A stretch of 64,000 nt of DNA from the human T2T-CHM13v2.0 reference genome, Homo sapiens, in assembly GCF_009914755.1 (NCBI RefSeq), contig NC_060937.1. One strand, 5' to 3'. Under the pieces are notes generated by a model. The model made no database searches and was not told the DNA's origin. It saw only the letters and a list, made by a program, of their open reading frames with translations. Positions 63,211-64,000 of this stretch are shown here, one piece after another. Position numbers and translations under genes: made by a program. Every line of letters starts with the position of its first letter. The stretch's first letter is position 1.

Positions 63211-64000
63211 AATCTTCCTTCCTCTTACATACTACCGGTAAGTTTGATATTCATGCTAGTGAACATGGCATGAACATCAAACTTACCTAATTTGAGTCAC
63301 TGTGGAAAGAGTAGGGGACCCACATGTCGCAAGCATATGCCATGGCAAATGGGACCCCTACTCTTTCCACAATGACTCAAATTAGGATGCATAAGAATGG
63401 GAAGAGAAAATATAATGATAGTGATTGTTTCCTATATATCACAATTTGGAGATAAATAATCGATCTTTAGTGTTTTTGCCGAGCATTAATGACAGTGATG
63501 CCCTGGCAATGCTCTGCTGTAACATCATGGTCATCTCCACTTAATCTGAAAGAAAAAAATCATTTCCACGTATGTGTTTTTAAATTTGTGTTGTTGATGT
63601 TTGTCCATGAGTAAGCAAAAATATCTTTCCTCTAACAAATGTCTTCTGATTAAAATATAGGCAAACCACATTCATTATATAAGCATATATCATCTGATTC
63701 CTGCAATTTGATCTTTTTTTAAAAAAAAAAGCATAAGGAGAAGGGCCAAATTTTTAAAAAAAAAAGATTTTTTGTCAAGGAATTATATCCTATAATCAAA
63801 ATCAAAATTGACTTTCCAGTTAGGAAAGGAATTCAGGTCAAGTATGTGAACTAGCAGTTTCAAAACATGACCACATACATGGTTTAGAACAAATATTAAA
63901 AACAAACTCTTTTTGCTGTCCTATTTACCAGAAGGTCTTTTCAGCAGTTTCTGTAAATTCTTACCTTGTTGCCAAAGAGTGATTTGAGGTTCAAAAGCAA

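Overview
This is primate genomic DNA, almost certainly human, because it carries an AluYa5 with all five diagnostic bases. It is AT-rich and dominated by transposable-element fossils. Positions 5.1-41.3 kb form a dense LINE-1 cluster. On the + strand lie three near-full-length L1PA elements: an L1PA6-like 5'-truncated copy, an L1PA8-like copy and an L1PA7-like copy. On the - strand lie an L1PB-type and an L1MC1-type element. Alus, ERV/MaLR LTRs and a Tigger3 fragment are nested among them. Positions 41.3-64 kb mix unassigned sequence with old L2/MIR/MaLR/DNA-transposon remnants, an L1PA5-like 3' fragment and a MADE1-in-MER44 nest. All L1 ORF1/ORF2 copies are broken by stops or frameshifts, and no host protein-coding exon could be identified. 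I found no evidence of a new biological system. The notable signals are mutational: an apparently 100% identical 225-bp tandem duplication across an L1 5' junction, an AluYa5 reusing the L1's 3' target site, a TSD-less L1 at a deletion, nested and fold-back duplications in an L1 ORF2, an L1 nested near its homologous position, head-to-head L1 5' ends with open ORF0-like frames, and perfect palindromes inside LTRs. Subfamily names come from my recall of consensus sequences and need RepeatMasker/Dfam confirmation.
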